Shown piece by piece: positions 49,918 through 60,364 of a stretch of 64,000 nucleotides of DNA. The first letter of the stretch is position 1; every line of letters begins with the position of its first letter. The stretch covers positions 64,001-128,000 of the IMG/VR virus record IMGVR_UViG_3300025073_000027. The stretch is one strand, 5' to 3'. The notes under the pieces were generated by a model. The model was given only the letters and a program-made list of their open reading frames with translations. It made no database searches and had not been told where the DNA came from. This DNA is from a virus. A program made the translations under genes and the position numbers.

Positions 49918-50540
49918 GGGTTTTTATCGAACAACTTTAATTTTGCATAATACCGTTTTTCCATCCAACTAGAATAATTTACATTTTGCATTTCAATATC
50001 GCTATATGAATCTCTTTGAATGGCAATCATTTTAGGTACTGTAATATAGCAAGGTAAATTTGGAATAATATAATTACAATAAATTAGATCCAGCGGCATT
50101 CCATAAATACCTAGAATAGTAAAAATAATTTGAGGAATATATTTGTAATTTACACATATAGAATGTGTACTTTGGCAAAATGTTAATCTTCCGAGATGGT
50201 CTGTTTCTTGTATCACTTCACCTTGATAAATGTTCCCTCCAAGATAAAACAAACTCCAATCTTTTTGTTCTAATTCATTTAATGCTTTTGGCAATATTTC
50301 ATTATATTCATTAATAAGTTTAAAATCATCTTCAAATATCATTGCTGATTTTTGTTGCTGATATGCAAAATTTAAGCAATAAAGATGAGATAATAAGCAA
50401 CCAAATAAACCATTTTCAGTTTTTATCGCCGGAAAACGTATTACATCTGTAAAACCTAACTTAGCAATTTCAACTTTTGATTCTTCTAGCCTATCTTTTC
50501 TTTCATCAAGATTTATTAGAAATTTCATAAATTCAATCAT
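49914..50540 (-). CDS. glycosyltransferase family 25
   Basis: INLDERKDR, GCLLSH, IFEDD. Confidence 0.8.
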   Translation of the reverse strand: MIEFMKFLINLDERKDRLEESKVEIAKLGFTDVIRFPAIKTENGLFGCLLSHLYCLNFAYQQQKSAMIFEDDFKLINEYNEILPKALNELEQKDWSLFYLGGNIYQGEVIQETDHLGRLTFCQSTHSICVNYKYIPQIIFTILGIYGMPLDLIYCNYIIPNLPCYITVPKMIAIQRDSYSDIEMQNVNYSSWMEKRYYAKLKLFDKNP

Positions 50541-50548
50541 ATTTATAC

Positions 50549-51523
50549 CTATTGATCATTAAAAACAATTCTACTTCCTCCTTTTTCAAATTTAAATGGT
50601 AAATTTTGAATATTTTTTATTTTGGTTTCTTCTAATAATTTTTTTTGTTTATCGGGTAAACAAAACGCTAATATAAATCCTCCTCCTCCCGCACCTAATA
50701 ATTTTCCACCACTTACACCATTTTTAATTAAAAAATTATATAATTCATCAATGTTATTATTTGTAATTTTAGAAGCCAATTGTTTTTTTAATTTCCATGA
50801 TTCATATAATAATGTGCCAATTATTTCTATATTGCCTTTTATTAATTGATATTTCGCTTCTTTACATAAGCCCAATAATTCAATTAAAATATTAAAATTT
50901 TTTTCTGAATTATTATTTTGTTCTTCTAAAATATTTGTTGCCATTCTTGTATTGCCAGTATAAAAAAGTAATAAATTTTTTTCTAATTCTTCAACAATAT
51001 CTTGAGAGCAAAATGTAAAAACATTAAAATGTGGTTGTTGATTTGTAAATTTTATTTGATTAAAACCACCATAAGTAACCGCTATTTGATCTTGAATACC
51101 GATATGTTTATGCAATTTATTTATTTCTATATCTATTGCTTCCTTTACTAACATATCCTTTGATATAGATTTATTTTTATAAGCATAAAGTATATGTAAT
51201 AATCCTACCGTTACTGCACTTGAACTTCCTAAACCAGAACCCCCAGGAATATCGGCCATAGTTGAAATTTCAATACCACATACATCAACTTTTTTAATTG
51301 CTTCTCTAGCCAATTCGTGTTTTAAATTATTTAAATTTGACACGTTTTCTGTTGTACTATATCCCAATCGAATATTATTATCAAATCTCTTTTTAGCAAT
51401 TACATATACATATTTATCTATAGTTGTCGAAAGAACCTCTCCATTATGTCGCTTATAAAATGATGGAAAATCCGTACCACCTCCAAATAAAGATATTCGA
51501 AATGGTGTTTTACTAATTATCAT
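50549..51523 (-). CDS. hddA: D-glycero-D-manno-heptose 7-phosphate kinase (GHMP family)
   Basis: PFRISLFGGGTD, GSGLGSS, GIQDQ, KLLGAGGGGF. Confidence 0.85.
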   Translation of the reverse strand: MIISKTPFRISLFGGGTDFPSFYKRHNGEVLSTTIDKYVYVIAKKRFDNNIRLGYSTTENVSNLNNLKHELAREAIKKVDVCGIEISTMADIPGGSGLGSSSAVTVGLLHILYAYKNKSISKDMLVKEAIDIEINKLHKHIGIQDQIAVTYGGFNQIKFTNQQPHFNVFTFCSQDIVEELEKNLLLFYTGNTRMATNILEEQNNNSEKNFNILIELLGLCKEAKYQLIKGNIEIIGTLLYESWKLKKQLASKITNNNIDELYNFLIKNGVSGGKLLGAGGGGFILAFCLPDKQKKLLEETKIKNIQNLPFKFEKGGSRIVFNDQ

Positions 51524-52055
51524 TTAAACGCCTTTTTAATTCATCAATAATAAAATGAAAAATTATTGAATGAATAGATTCGCCAATAAATATATTTTTA
51601 GCATTAATACATATATCTAAATCAGTATATAAAGACAATGTTGATTTTTCATAAGACGGAGATGTAAAACTTATTGCAGGTAAGTTTCTAGTAAATTTTG
51701 TATACCAAACAGCATTAATAATGTTTTTAGAACAACCAGAACAGGAAATAGCAATCAATAAATATTGTTCATTATACCGTTTTAATTGTTCTAAAAAAAT
51801 TGACGCATAATCAACATCATTAGCAAAAGCTGTGACTAAACCAATATTATCCGTTAAACTACTTGCTTTCGCATTGCAAACCTTTACTAGATCCTGCGCA
51901 AAATGAGAACCAGAATATGCACTACCGCCATTGCCAATAATAAAAATTTGAATATTATTATTAATACAATATAAAATTCCTTGAATTGCCTGTTCTATTT
52001 TATTATTATCAATTTTAATTACATAATTATCTTTTATATATTGAGTAAATTTCAT
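51513..52055 (-). CDS. gmhA: phosphoheptose isomerase-like SIS protein
   Basis: GNGGS, TAFAND, ISCSG.S.NI, ESIH. Confidence 0.75.
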   Translation of the reverse strand: MKFTQYIKDNYVIKIDNNKIEQAIQGILYCINNNIQIFIIGNGGSAYSGSHFAQDLVKVCNAKASSLTDNIGLVTAFANDVDYASIFLEQLKRYNEQYLLIAISCSGCSKNIINAVWYTKFTRNLPAISFTSPSYEKSTLSLYTDLDICINAKNIFIGESIHSIIFHFIIDELKRRLNDN

Positions 52056-52130
52056 TTTATTTCCAAAAATAATTTATGGTTTTTATATCGTATTTTTAAA
52101 TAATTAAAATTATTATAAAAAGTAAAATAA

Positions 52131-53102
52131 TTATATACTGCCATATGTATTAAACCACCTCCAAGTATCTTTTATAACACATGATAGATTAGAATAATCT
52201 GGTTGCCAACCTAATTTATTTATAGCCCTATCTCTTGATGCAATTAGTACAGAAGGATCACCTGGCCGTCTATCTGTAAATTCATAATTTATTTTATACT
52301 TAGTAATCTTTTCAGATAGTTCAATAATTTCTAACAAAGAAAAACCTTCTTCACTCCCTAAATTATAAACATCATTTTTTACAGTATCAAATTTATTCAT
52401 TGCTAAAATATGAGCATTAGCTACATCGACTACATGCAAATAATCTCTTACTGCCGTACCGTCTTTAGTATCATAGTCATTTCCAAATATTTTTAAGGTT
52501 TGATTATTTTTTATACATCTCATTATAGTTGGCAATAATCTTGTTTCTTCTTTACGTCTTTCACCATTTAACAAGGTAGAACCGCCCACATTAAAATACC
52601 TAAACATTACATAATCAAGATCATAACATTTTTGATACCACTTTAATATTCTTTCAAAAATATATTTTGATTCACCATAAGCATTTATAGGATTTTGAGG
52701 ATGATTTTCATCAATAGGAGTATATAATGGTATTCCATATGATGATGCAGTAGAAGAATGTATAAATTTATTAACTCCATGTTCTCGCATTGTATCTAAT
52801 AATGTAATTCCACCACTTATATTAGCATTAAAAAATAAAGAAGGATCAATCATAGATTTATCTATAATTGATTCGGCGGCAAAGTGAAATACGAAATCTA
52901 TTTTATTATCGGCAAATATGCGGTTTAACACATATTTATCTTGTACATCTCCATAATAAAATTTTATATTTTTATTTACTGCCTCTGGATAACTGGATGA
53001 AAAATTGTCTAATCCAATTACACTATATCCTTGCTCTACAAGTATTTCTGTTGTAATTGCACCTATGAATCCAGAACAACCAGTCACTAAAACATTATTC
53101 AT
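52131..53102 (-). CDS. galE: UDP-glucose 4-epimerase
   Basis: TGCSGFIG, YGESK, RYFN, DGTAVRDYLHV, RRPGDP. Confidence 0.85.
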   Translation of the reverse strand: MNNVLVTGCSGFIGAITTEILVEQGYSVIGLDNFSSSYPEAVNKNIKFYYGDVQDKYVLNRIFADNKIDFVFHFAAESIIDKSMIDPSLFFNANISGGITLLDTMREHGVNKFIHSSTASSYGIPLYTPIDENHPQNPINAYGESKYIFERILKWYQKCYDLDYVMFRYFNVGGSTLLNGERRKEETRLLPTIMRCIKNNQTLKIFGNDYDTKDGTAVRDYLHVVDVANAHILAMNKFDTVKNDVYNLGSEEGFSLLEIIELSEKITKYKINYEFTDRRPGDPSVLIASRDRAINKLGWQPDYSNLSCVIKDTWRWFNTYGSI

Positions 53103-53968
53103 TATTTAATATAATCCTTAAATTTATTTTGGTTTTCTACAATATATAATGGATGGGTTTCTAATGTAATTGGTACTATACTAAATTTGCTTGGGCGAAA
53201 ATATAGATCGTGACCATTGGTAATACAATTGTCAATATTATCTTGAATACTATCTTTTATTTTTGAAGTATTTAACATTTGCTCCGCATGAGATTCAATT
53301 TTATATTTGATTTTATCCGCACCTCCCATATATGAAAAATGCCATCCAGCATTAGAAACTGAAAATCCACGCCTACGCATTCTCAATTCACAAAGAGAAA
53401 ATTGCTTGAAATTTTTTAGAGTTAAAATTGTATTACCAAACCAATGTTCTTCTTTAAGACAATTGAAATAATAAAAATACATATCGTTTTCTAAATTATA
53501 GATTTCATTTAAATCCAGTTGAGGAATAAGAGATTCAATAACGTTCTTACGAGGAATTTCATCAGCCTCATCTAAAATAAGAATATCATTTAGATCAAAT
53601 CTATCCATTGCCCTAATAAGACATTCTGATTCATAAGTAATGGCGACATAATCGGGTCGATTTTTAGGAAACCAATCCGCTCGAATAACCTTATCGATTA
53701 CATTTTTATGCAATTCATTTTTAGGATGCATAGACAACATTTCATCATAGTTGTTAGGGGTATCGTCTATAATTTGATGAATTATCTTATCTTGAAATTT
53801 TTTGAAATAATCTTTATTCTCGTTATAAAATAAAGGTTTGGGATTTTGTGAATGAGTTTTTGTGCTTTCCGATAGGATAAAATAATCAACCACATCGTAT
53901 AATTCATTTAATCTTACTTCCAATTGCGCCAATTCATTAAAAAAAATAAAAGCATTGATAACTGTCAT
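53102..53968 (-). CDS. glycosyltransferase family 17-like
   Basis: FFNEL..L..RL.ELYDVVDYF, DEIP, GWHFSY. Confidence 0.8.
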   Translation of the reverse strand: MTVINAFIFFNELAQLEVRLNELYDVVDYFILSESTKTHSQNPKPLFYNENKDYFKKFQDKIIHQIIDDTPNNYDEMLSMHPKNELHKNVIDKVIRADWFPKNRPDYVAITYESECLIRAMDRFDLNDILILDEADEIPRKNVIESLIPQLDLNEIYNLENDMYFYYFNCLKEEHWFGNTILTLKNFKQFSLCELRMRRRGFSVSNAGWHFSYMGGADKIKYKIESHAEQMLNTSKIKDSIQDNIDNCITNGHDLYFRPSKFSIVPITLETHPLYIVENQNKFKDYIK

Positions 53969-54852
53969 ATATTTTTCCCTTTTGTTCTTTCTTCTTCAAT
54001 AATCTGTTCATAATTAAATAACTTACCATATCTATTCATAAAATTAAATCCAAATGTCCATATGTCTGAATTAGCCCAAAAACCATTTGAAATATTATGC
54101 CTTGACCAATATTTAGGAGCAATAATATTTATTGCATTTTTATTTAACCAAGCTGGAAATATAGCAAATCCACTATTAGATAAAATTAAATTTTTTGCTT
54201 GATTAATAACATAATAATCACAACCAATTGAAAAATGATATACGGGTACATTGAATACGTTTTTATAAAATTGAGGATCTTCAGTAATAACAATAAATTT
54301 CATTCTAGGATTGATTTTCAGCATTTGTTGAAAAGCATGATTCCAGTATTCTTGTCCTAAAAATAAAGACGGAATTCCTCTATATTCTCCACCTCGACAA
54401 TTTATCACACAAAGATTTTCATTAAATTCAATACCATTATTATTTAAAATTTGATTATATTCATTAATCTTTTCTTCTTTTATCGATAACCATTGCCTAA
54501 CTTTTTCTTTATCATAGTATCGAGCATCATGACAACAATAAATAATCAATTTTGTATTATCTGGAACATTGAATATATCTGGTTGAAAAGGATGATAGTT
54601 ATAATCTGGATATCGAATTATTTTTTCTTCCCAAGTATTTGTAATGCTTGAATGTAATTGACCGTAAGGTGTATGATTTATTTCACCATAATCAATTTCA
54701 AGAAAATCCATTTGTTCTTTACCGCTATAATAATCATGTGATGTTACTGGATTGATACCCCATGAATAATTATTCTTTTCTGCAACTGATCTAACCATGA
54801 GATATCGAACTAGATGATCGCCAATATTCCCTGTTAAATCCGTTGTGATCAT
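53965..54852 (-). CDS. glycosyltransferase family 11-like
   Basis: GNIG, NCRGGEY, ITED, ILSNSGF..AWL, IIAP..W. Confidence 0.7.
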   Translation of the reverse strand: MITTDLTGNIGDHLVRYLMVRSVAEKNNYSWGINPVTSHDYYSGKEQMDFLEIDYGEINHTPYGQLHSSITNTWEEKIIRYPDYNYHPFQPDIFNVPDNTKLIIYCCHDARYYDKEKVRQWLSIKEEKINEYNQILNNNGIEFNENLCVINCRGGEYRGIPSLFLGQEYWNHAFQQMLKINPRMKFIVITEDPQFYKNVFNVPVYHFSIGCDYYVINQAKNLILSNSGFAIFPAWLNKNAINIIAPKYWSRHNISNGFWANSDIWTFGFNFMNRYGKLFNYEQIIEEERTKGKNI

Positions 54853-55505
54853 AATTTTTTCTTTTCAATAACCGCTAATTCGCCATATATTTCGATATTA
54901 GCAATTTCATTTATGATTATATTTAATCTATCTTGTGAAATATAATGAGAAAATAAAATATTATTTTTTAAATTTAAAATCCAGTTTAAAGTTGATGAAT
55001 TTGGATCATCAAATTCTCTAAATTCTCTAATTAAACAAACAGCTAAATCTTCAATAAAATAATAACCACCAGGAATAAGATAATCCCATAATATATTAAA
55101 ACTTTTTTGTTGATCCCAAGATCGATGAGAACCATCATCAATAATAACATCTAAAGATATATTATTAAAATAATTTAATACTTCTTCATCTGCCTGATCG
55201 CCTACAATAACTTTAATTTGAGTAGTTTCAATATCTTCTTTTTTTATCGTACAAGCAGGATCAGAGAAATTATCAATTCCATAAATAGTAGCGAGTGGCA
55301 ACCATTCTGCCCACATTTTATGACTCCAACCTTCTCTAATTCCTATTTCTAAAAAATTTTTAATAATGTGTTTTTTATTATTTAAATATTGATAATAAAT
55401 AGGAGTATATCCGTGATAAATATTTTGACCAATATCATTTGTTCTTTTATCTGTACCATATTTTCTAGCTAATATATCTAATTCATTCATTATTTCTCTC
55501 GCCAT
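54849..55505 (-). CDS. class I SAM-dependent (sugar O-)methyltransferase
   Basis: YGTDK, LEIGI, GDQ, IIDDGSH, PGGYYFIED. Confidence 0.8.
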   Translation of the reverse strand: MAREIMNELDILARKYGTDKRTNDIGQNIYHGYTPIYYQYLNNKKHIIKNFLEIGIREGWSHKMWAEWLPLATIYGIDNFSDPACTIKKEDIETTQIKVIVGDQADEEVLNYFNNISLDVIIDDGSHRSWDQQKSFNILWDYLIPGGYYFIEDLAVCLIREFREFDDPNSSTLNWILNLKNNILFSHYISQDRLNIIINEIANIEIYGELAVIEKKKL

Positions 55506-56170
55506 TTATTTGTAAAAATATAATATAATGCTCGTTCTATTAAAAATGCCTCAGCAGGAATTCTATGATAATCTACATAACTCATTAATTTCTCATAAAA
55601 CTTTTTACTATAAAATAAAATATTTTCTTTTGGCACAATATATTGTCCACCTGGAGAAAATCTAATCCATTTTAAATATCTTGGATTTTTAAATTCTGGA
55701 TTTTCAAATATAGCATCTAAAAATTCATTATAAAAAGTAAAATAACGATGTGTCTCAGAACCATGTGTTTCAGAATGAGAATAAAGATACCATGATGTAT
55801 TTATTTCCATATATCCACCATCCACAGGATCTTTACGATAAGCAGAAGATTCAGGCACATTAGAATAATCTTCTAGTGGTGTAAAAAATTCATTATAAAT
55901 AAGTTTATCAAATGTTTCTCGTTTACAATGAGTCCAAGGATCACCTTCCAAAAATGCTACAAGAGGAGGTAAATTATTATAATTTTCAATAATATATAAA
56001 CAGATATCATTTATGTTATATCCTACATTATTTATTCTTCGTATCTTGTCACTTTCAGGCAAGTTGTGGCTTTTATCGAAAATCAAATAATCATCTGTAT
56101 ATTCTTCCACCCATGAAACATCATTGTTCCACGCACTTATTACAAAAAATGCTTTTGGTTTAATTTTCAT
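55490..56170 (-). CDS. DUF3431-like putative glycosyltransferase
   Basis: NVG, YIIENYNNLP, FLEGDP..H, GGQYIV, LIER. Confidence 0.65.
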   Translation of the reverse strand: MKIKPKAFFVISAWNNDVSWVEEYTDDYLIFDKSHNLPESDKIRRINNVGYNINDICLYIIENYNNLPPLVAFLEGDPWTHCKRETFDKLIYNEFFTPLEDYSNVPESSAYRKDPVDGGYMEINTSWYLYSHSETHGSETHRYFTFYNEFLDAIFENPEFKNPRYLKWIRFSPGGQYIVPKENILFYSKKFYEKLMSYVDYHRIPAEAFLIERALYYIFTNKWREK

Positions 56171-56823
56171 AAAACTCCTTTATTTGCAGGATTCATAAAC
56201 TTATGAAATCCGAAACTAGGAACACCTTGATTTTCTGGTACAGGATTTTCATAAGAAAATTGTGCAGCCAATTCTACAGGAGCATATTTAATTCCTTCTT
56301 CTAAAAATTCTTTTTTATAGTAACAACAAATATTCCCATCCTCATTTTTCCAACCTTGTTCACTTCTCAAGTTCCATCCCTTTTGTTCTGGCAAAGAAAG
56401 TAATCGCTTAGATCTCATTGAAAGCCCACCGTTGCCCACCCTCGAACGAGTTCCATCATTTGCCATATATGCACCATCAATTATCTTCCAAGGCGCACCG
56501 CAATAATCATAATTTAAAAACTCATTAGTCCAAAGTGAAGAAGTTGCAATCCACGCATGATATTGAATAGTTAAACAATATTCTGTATCTACATGTTTAT
56601 AAAGTTTTCGAAAAAAATATTCATTAAAATTATCAATATGATTTATTGTTGGTGCAAATTCCCATGTAATAAAATCGGGTAAATTATCTGGTTTTTTATC
56701 AGAAATCAATTTCACACTACCAAAATTAATATTTTTGCAACTTTTTTGTATCGCCCAAATTGTTTCAGGTATTTTTATGCAGGAATAAGCAATCAATGTT
56801 ACATCTGGTAATTGTATTTTCAT
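56167..56823 (-). CDS. DUF5672-like protein
   Basis: YDYCGAPW, VGNGGLSMRS, NED, FSYE, FGFH. Confidence 0.7.
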   Translation of the reverse strand: MKIQLPDVTLIAYSCIKIPETIWAIQKSCKNINFGSVKLISDKKPDNLPDFITWEFAPTINHIDNFNEYFFRKLYKHVDTEYCLTIQYHAWIATSSLWTNEFLNYDYCGAPWKIIDGAYMANDGTRSRVGNGGLSMRSKRLLSLPEQKGWNLRSEQGWKNEDGNICCYYKKEFLEEGIKYAPVELAAQFSYENPVPENQGVPSFGFHKFMNPANKGVL

Positions 56824-57515
56824 ATTTTAAGACCATATTTATCGAGAATATATTTATTTTCTTTTTCGATCAAATTACTTGATATAGACGAAGTAATAGA
56901 ACCATCCCACAAATAATTTACCATTCCCATTTGTCTAACAAGTTTTGGATATCCATATTTTATAAACAATCTAAAATACCAATCACAATCGTAGGCATAA
57001 CTCAAATTTCCATCCATTTCAGGTAAACCATTTATATTTTTTACCGTTACTGCTGAAGGTGATCCTAAAGTATTTCTAATAAAAATTTGTGGATTTATAT
57101 CTGGTAAATGCCTACGAAAATAATTATGCCAATCATATGTATGAATATAATCTGTAAATAACCAAATTACATGTTCTTCTAAATTATCTACAATAATGTT
57201 CAATGAATATTCATCATATAGATAATCATCCATGCACAATACTTTTATCCATTTGCCGATTGATTTTTTTATTGCGCTATTTGTATTTAAAGCTGCTCCC
57301 AACCTTGTTTTATTTTTATGGTATTTTATATCTAATTTATTGTCCCATTCTTTACACAAGTTCATAACATCATTATTTTGCGAGTCATCGCTTATTGTAA
57401 TATCAAAATTTTTATAATTTTGCCGATATAAGATTTCAAAAGAATGACTTAAAACCAGTGTGCCATAACCATTACATTCATAAGTTGGAATCGCTACACT
57501 TAAATATTTACTCAT
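56820..57515 (-). CDS. glycosyltransferase family 2
   Basis: SVAIPTY, ISDDS, LCMDD, DCDW. Confidence 0.8.
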   Translation of the reverse strand: MSKYLSVAIPTYECNGYGTLVLSHSFEILYRQNYKNFDITISDDSQNNDVMNLCKEWDNKLDIKYHKNKTRLGAALNTNSAIKKSIGKWIKVLCMDDYLYDEYSLNIIVDNLEEHVIWLFTDYIHTYDWHNYFRRHLPDINPQIFIRNTLGSPSAVTVKNINGLPEMDGNLSYAYDCDWYFRLFIKYGYPKLVRQMGMVNYLWDGSITSSISSNLIEKENKYILDKYGLKI

Positions 57516-58207
57516 TCAAAAGCTTCCTTCATTTTATCAATATTCATAGTTATATCTAAAGGCATAGAACGATGTATTTTTTTATTTGTGATTTGAATAT
57601 CTTTATTTGTTTCTTGTGCTAATTGTCCCATAGATTTAACTTTAGTACCAACATTATAAACACCAATCGCATTTTTATTTATTAATTTAATAATTAAAGA
57701 AGCAACAATATCCACATAATCAAAATTTCCAAATTGAAGTATTGCTTCCGAATATGGAAATGGACGAGGTTTAAAAGAAGTTCTAATAATAAGATAATTT
57801 AATAAACGTAATTGAACATGTCCATCTGCCAATAATTTAGTATATGTATACCAGTTAGGGCAATTAGCAGGAGGATCTTTTTCAGAAGCATTAGGGGAAG
57901 AATTACTGTAAATATAATCAGTACTTATATGAATAATTTTTTTTCTATATTCCGAACAATAATCTGCTAAATCAGCTACACCTTTATAATTAATATCCCA
58001 ATGCTTTTGTTTATTATCACTATAAGTATCTGTATAACCAATACAATTTAATATTTCATCATATTTTTTTAAATAATCAACATAAGTATATAAAGCAGTA
58101 AAATCAAAATTATCTTTTTTACGACTTATATAATCCCATCCGGTTTGTTTTTGTATTTCTAAACCTAGTAAACCATCTCCTAAAATTAAAATTTTACTCA
58201 TTATCAA
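57512..58207 (-). CDS. RmlD-like NDP-sugar reductase
   Basis: GDGLLG, HISTDY, YTYTK. Confidence 0.75.
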   Translation of the reverse strand: MIMSKILILGDGLLGLEIQKQTGWDYISRKKDNFDFTALYTYVDYLKKYDEILNCIGYTDTYSDNKQKHWDINYKGVADLADYCSEYRKKIIHISTDYIYSNSSPNASEKDPPANCPNWYTYTKLLADGHVQLRLLNYLIIRTSFKPRPFPYSEAILQFGNFDYVDIVASLIIKLINKNAIGVYNVGTKVKSMGQLAQETNKDIQITNKKIHRSMPLDITMNIDKMKEAFE

Positions 58208-59507
58208 ATTTCCTTAACATATCCTCTACATAATTCAATATATTTGGACCATAATGTGGGGGATTTCCAGTAAAAAATGTTAAATCCAATACAGTATTTG
58301 CCACAGGGTACTTCTTATGATCATCTAAAAACGAATATGCGGGATGCAAGAGTAGATTACCAGAAAATAATGACCGAGTTTGTATTTTTGAATTTTCTAA
58401 ATATGCTACAAGTTTTTGCTTTAATTCTTTATTATCACAAATTATAAAATTACCAAACCATGCCGTATCAGAATGTTCTAATTCTTCTGGTAGATGGATA
58501 TTCTTTATATACCTCATAAACAATTCAGAAATAATTTTATGATTACATTTCCTTTTATCTAATATTTCATCTAGTTTATCTAATTGTTTTAAACCGATAG
58601 ATCCCAAAAGTTCAGGGGGAATCAAGTTAAAACCAATTTCCGTAAACGTGTAGCGATGATCAACAGTTTCGCAATATTTTGGGGCAAGCCAATTATTAAA
58701 GCGTTCTCCACAAGCACCTAGCGGTAAAAGATTTTGTGTTGATTGACAATGGCAACCTCTACCCCAAGTCGCTAATCTACGAGCAATCAAAATGATTTCT
58801 TCATTTGATGAACTAATCATGCCACCTTGAATCGTAGATATTGTATGTGCAGGATAAAAAGATTCAGAAGTTGCTACAGCATATTGATTCAAATTATTAT
58901 ATCGCCAAAGAGATCCTAAACTATCACATCCGTCTAAAATCAGCTTTATATCATGACTTACACATATTTCTAGTATAAAATCTAAATCTGGACTATTGCC
59001 TAAAACTGGACTTAGAAATATTGCCTTAGTTTTATTCGTTATTTTTTCTTCAATTAAATTAAGATCAATGTTATATGTACTTTTTTCAGAATCAATAAAA
59101 ACAGGTATTAAATTATTTTGATATATTACACTAATGGTTGTCGGAAAAGCAACTGGCGATACTAATATTTCTGATCCATCAGGCCAATCATAATAAATTT
59201 TTAACGCATTTATCATAATCAAATTTGCACTACTACCACTATTCAAAAAAACAGCATACTTATCACCAATTTTTTTAGCAAATTTAGTTTCAAATAAATG
59301 AGTATCACTTCCACCAACCAACCATTTACCAGCAAGCAATGATTTAATTCCTGAAATTAATTCATTATAATCCCAATAAGGTGAAGAATAAAGTACAAAA
59401 GATTTTCCAGGTTCAAAAGTTTTATCATTTAGATATGCGTAGGGCATTATATTATGTTTATATTTTAATTCTTCAATAAATTTTAGTATTTCATTATCAA
59501 TAGACAA
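58194..59507 (-). CDS. rfbH: CDP-4-keto-6-deoxyglucose 3-dehydratase-like (DdhC/RfbH)
   Basis: NSGSSAN, SFYPAH (His in place of Lys), WGRGCHC..C Fe-S motif, TRSLFSGN. Confidence 0.8.
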   Translation of the reverse strand: MSIDNEILKFIEELKYKHNIMPYAYLNDKTFEPGKSFVLYSSPYWDYNELISGIKSLLAGKWLVGGSDTHLFETKFAKKIGDKYAVFLNSGSSANLIMINALKIYYDWPDGSEILVSPVAFPTTISVIYQNNLIPVFIDSEKSTYNIDLNLIEEKITNKTKAIFLSPVLGNSPDLDFILEICVSHDIKLILDGCDSLGSLWRYNNLNQYAVATSESFYPAHTISTIQGGMISSSNEEIILIARRLATWGRGCHCQSTQNLLPLGACGERFNNWLAPKYCETVDHRYTFTEIGFNLIPPELLGSIGLKQLDKLDEILDKRKCNHKIISELFMRYIKNIHLPEELEHSDTAWFGNFIICDNKELKQKLVAYLENSKIQTRSLFSGNLLLHPAYSFLDDHKKYPVANTVLDLTFFTGNPPHYGPNILNYVEDMLRKFDNE

Positions 59508-59513
59508 CTTATA

Positions 59514-60113
59514 TTATTCTCCAATATTATCAATAATATTTAATTTAGCATTACTACCATAAATTTCTAATGCTTTTTTGTTATAGGCTAAAGCAGCATC
59601 AATTTCATTATCATATCTTCCAACAAAGATACTCTTTCCCCTATGTTCCATAGTAGCTCTCCATTTGTTTCTAGGTTTTTCATATGAAACACCAGAATAT
59701 TTACTACTTGAATTTTTTGTATGTTTTGTTCCTTGTTTATCATAAGAATCAATTGTTTTATGTTCTTCTGTATGATGTTTACCATAAAAAGGATTTTCTT
59801 TTCCTTCTAAAATTTTTCCTCCATTGGTTTGATTTAATAAATTTTCTTTACCAAAATAATTAATCCAATATCTTTCTCTAGAATCTGCATTGATCGCATT
59901 TGTAATTTCTAAAATAATTAATATTGGTTTTAAATTAAATAATGCTAATTCATTTACCCAATAATTTTTCAGAGTTTTTTCATTTTTTCTAGTAAATTTA
60001 GATAAATGATTATTATATCTATCTTTATAATTTTTGGTAGCTCCAATATATTTTATTTTAATGTTTCTAGGATCTATTAATGCGTAAATATAAATATTAT
60101 TTTTATTATTCAT
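59514..60113 (-). CDS. GIY-YIG-like homing endonuclease with AP2 domain
   Basis: YIYALIDPR..YIG, E..WI, LLN; SKYSGVS..AALAYN. Confidence 0.8.
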   Translation of the reverse strand: MNNKNNIYIYALIDPRNIKIKYIGATKNYKDRYNNHLSKFTRKNEKTLKNYWVNELALFNLKPILIILEITNAINADSRERYWINYFGKENLLNQTNGGKILEGKENPFYGKHHTEEHKTIDSYDKQGTKHTKNSSSKYSGVSYEKPRNKWRATMEHRGKSIFVGRYDNEIDAALAYNKKALEIYGSNAKLNIIDNIGE

Positions 60114-60127
60114 TATTTATAATTATT

Positions 60128-60164
60128 ATAAAAAGAACATTTTATTATAAAACATACATTTTAT
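60128..60164. repeat. two back-to-back junction palindromes
   Basis: ATAAAA AGAACA TTTTAT, T, ATAAAA CATACA TTTTAT. Confidence 0.75.
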
Positions 60165-60364
60165 TATTCCAAAATAACTCGCTCTAATTCTTTTTCAATT
60201 TCATCTGCTTGCTTAAAAATAAATCTACGAACCACACCATAATACTTTAATGCCATAACTCTATACTTTCCAATAATTATTTTTACATCCCTAATATCAT
60301 CTTGATCTTTAGTTTGTGCAATTTTTTGGATTTTATGATAAACAGTATTTTCCATTATAAGCAT
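60164..60364 (-). CDS. hypothetical protein
   Basis: 66 aa ORF. Confidence 0.45.
   Translation of the reverse strand: MLIMENTVYHKIQKIAQTKDQDDIRDVKIIIGKYRVMALKYYGVVRRFIFKQADEIEKELERVILE

Noticed and set aside
4518-59785. Short antisense or nested ORFs in the track (4518, 6704, 7751, 9162, 9633, 15138, 22851, 32955, 38266, 48483 and similar)
   Set aside because: They overlap well-supported genes, lack RBSs and read as shadow frames.
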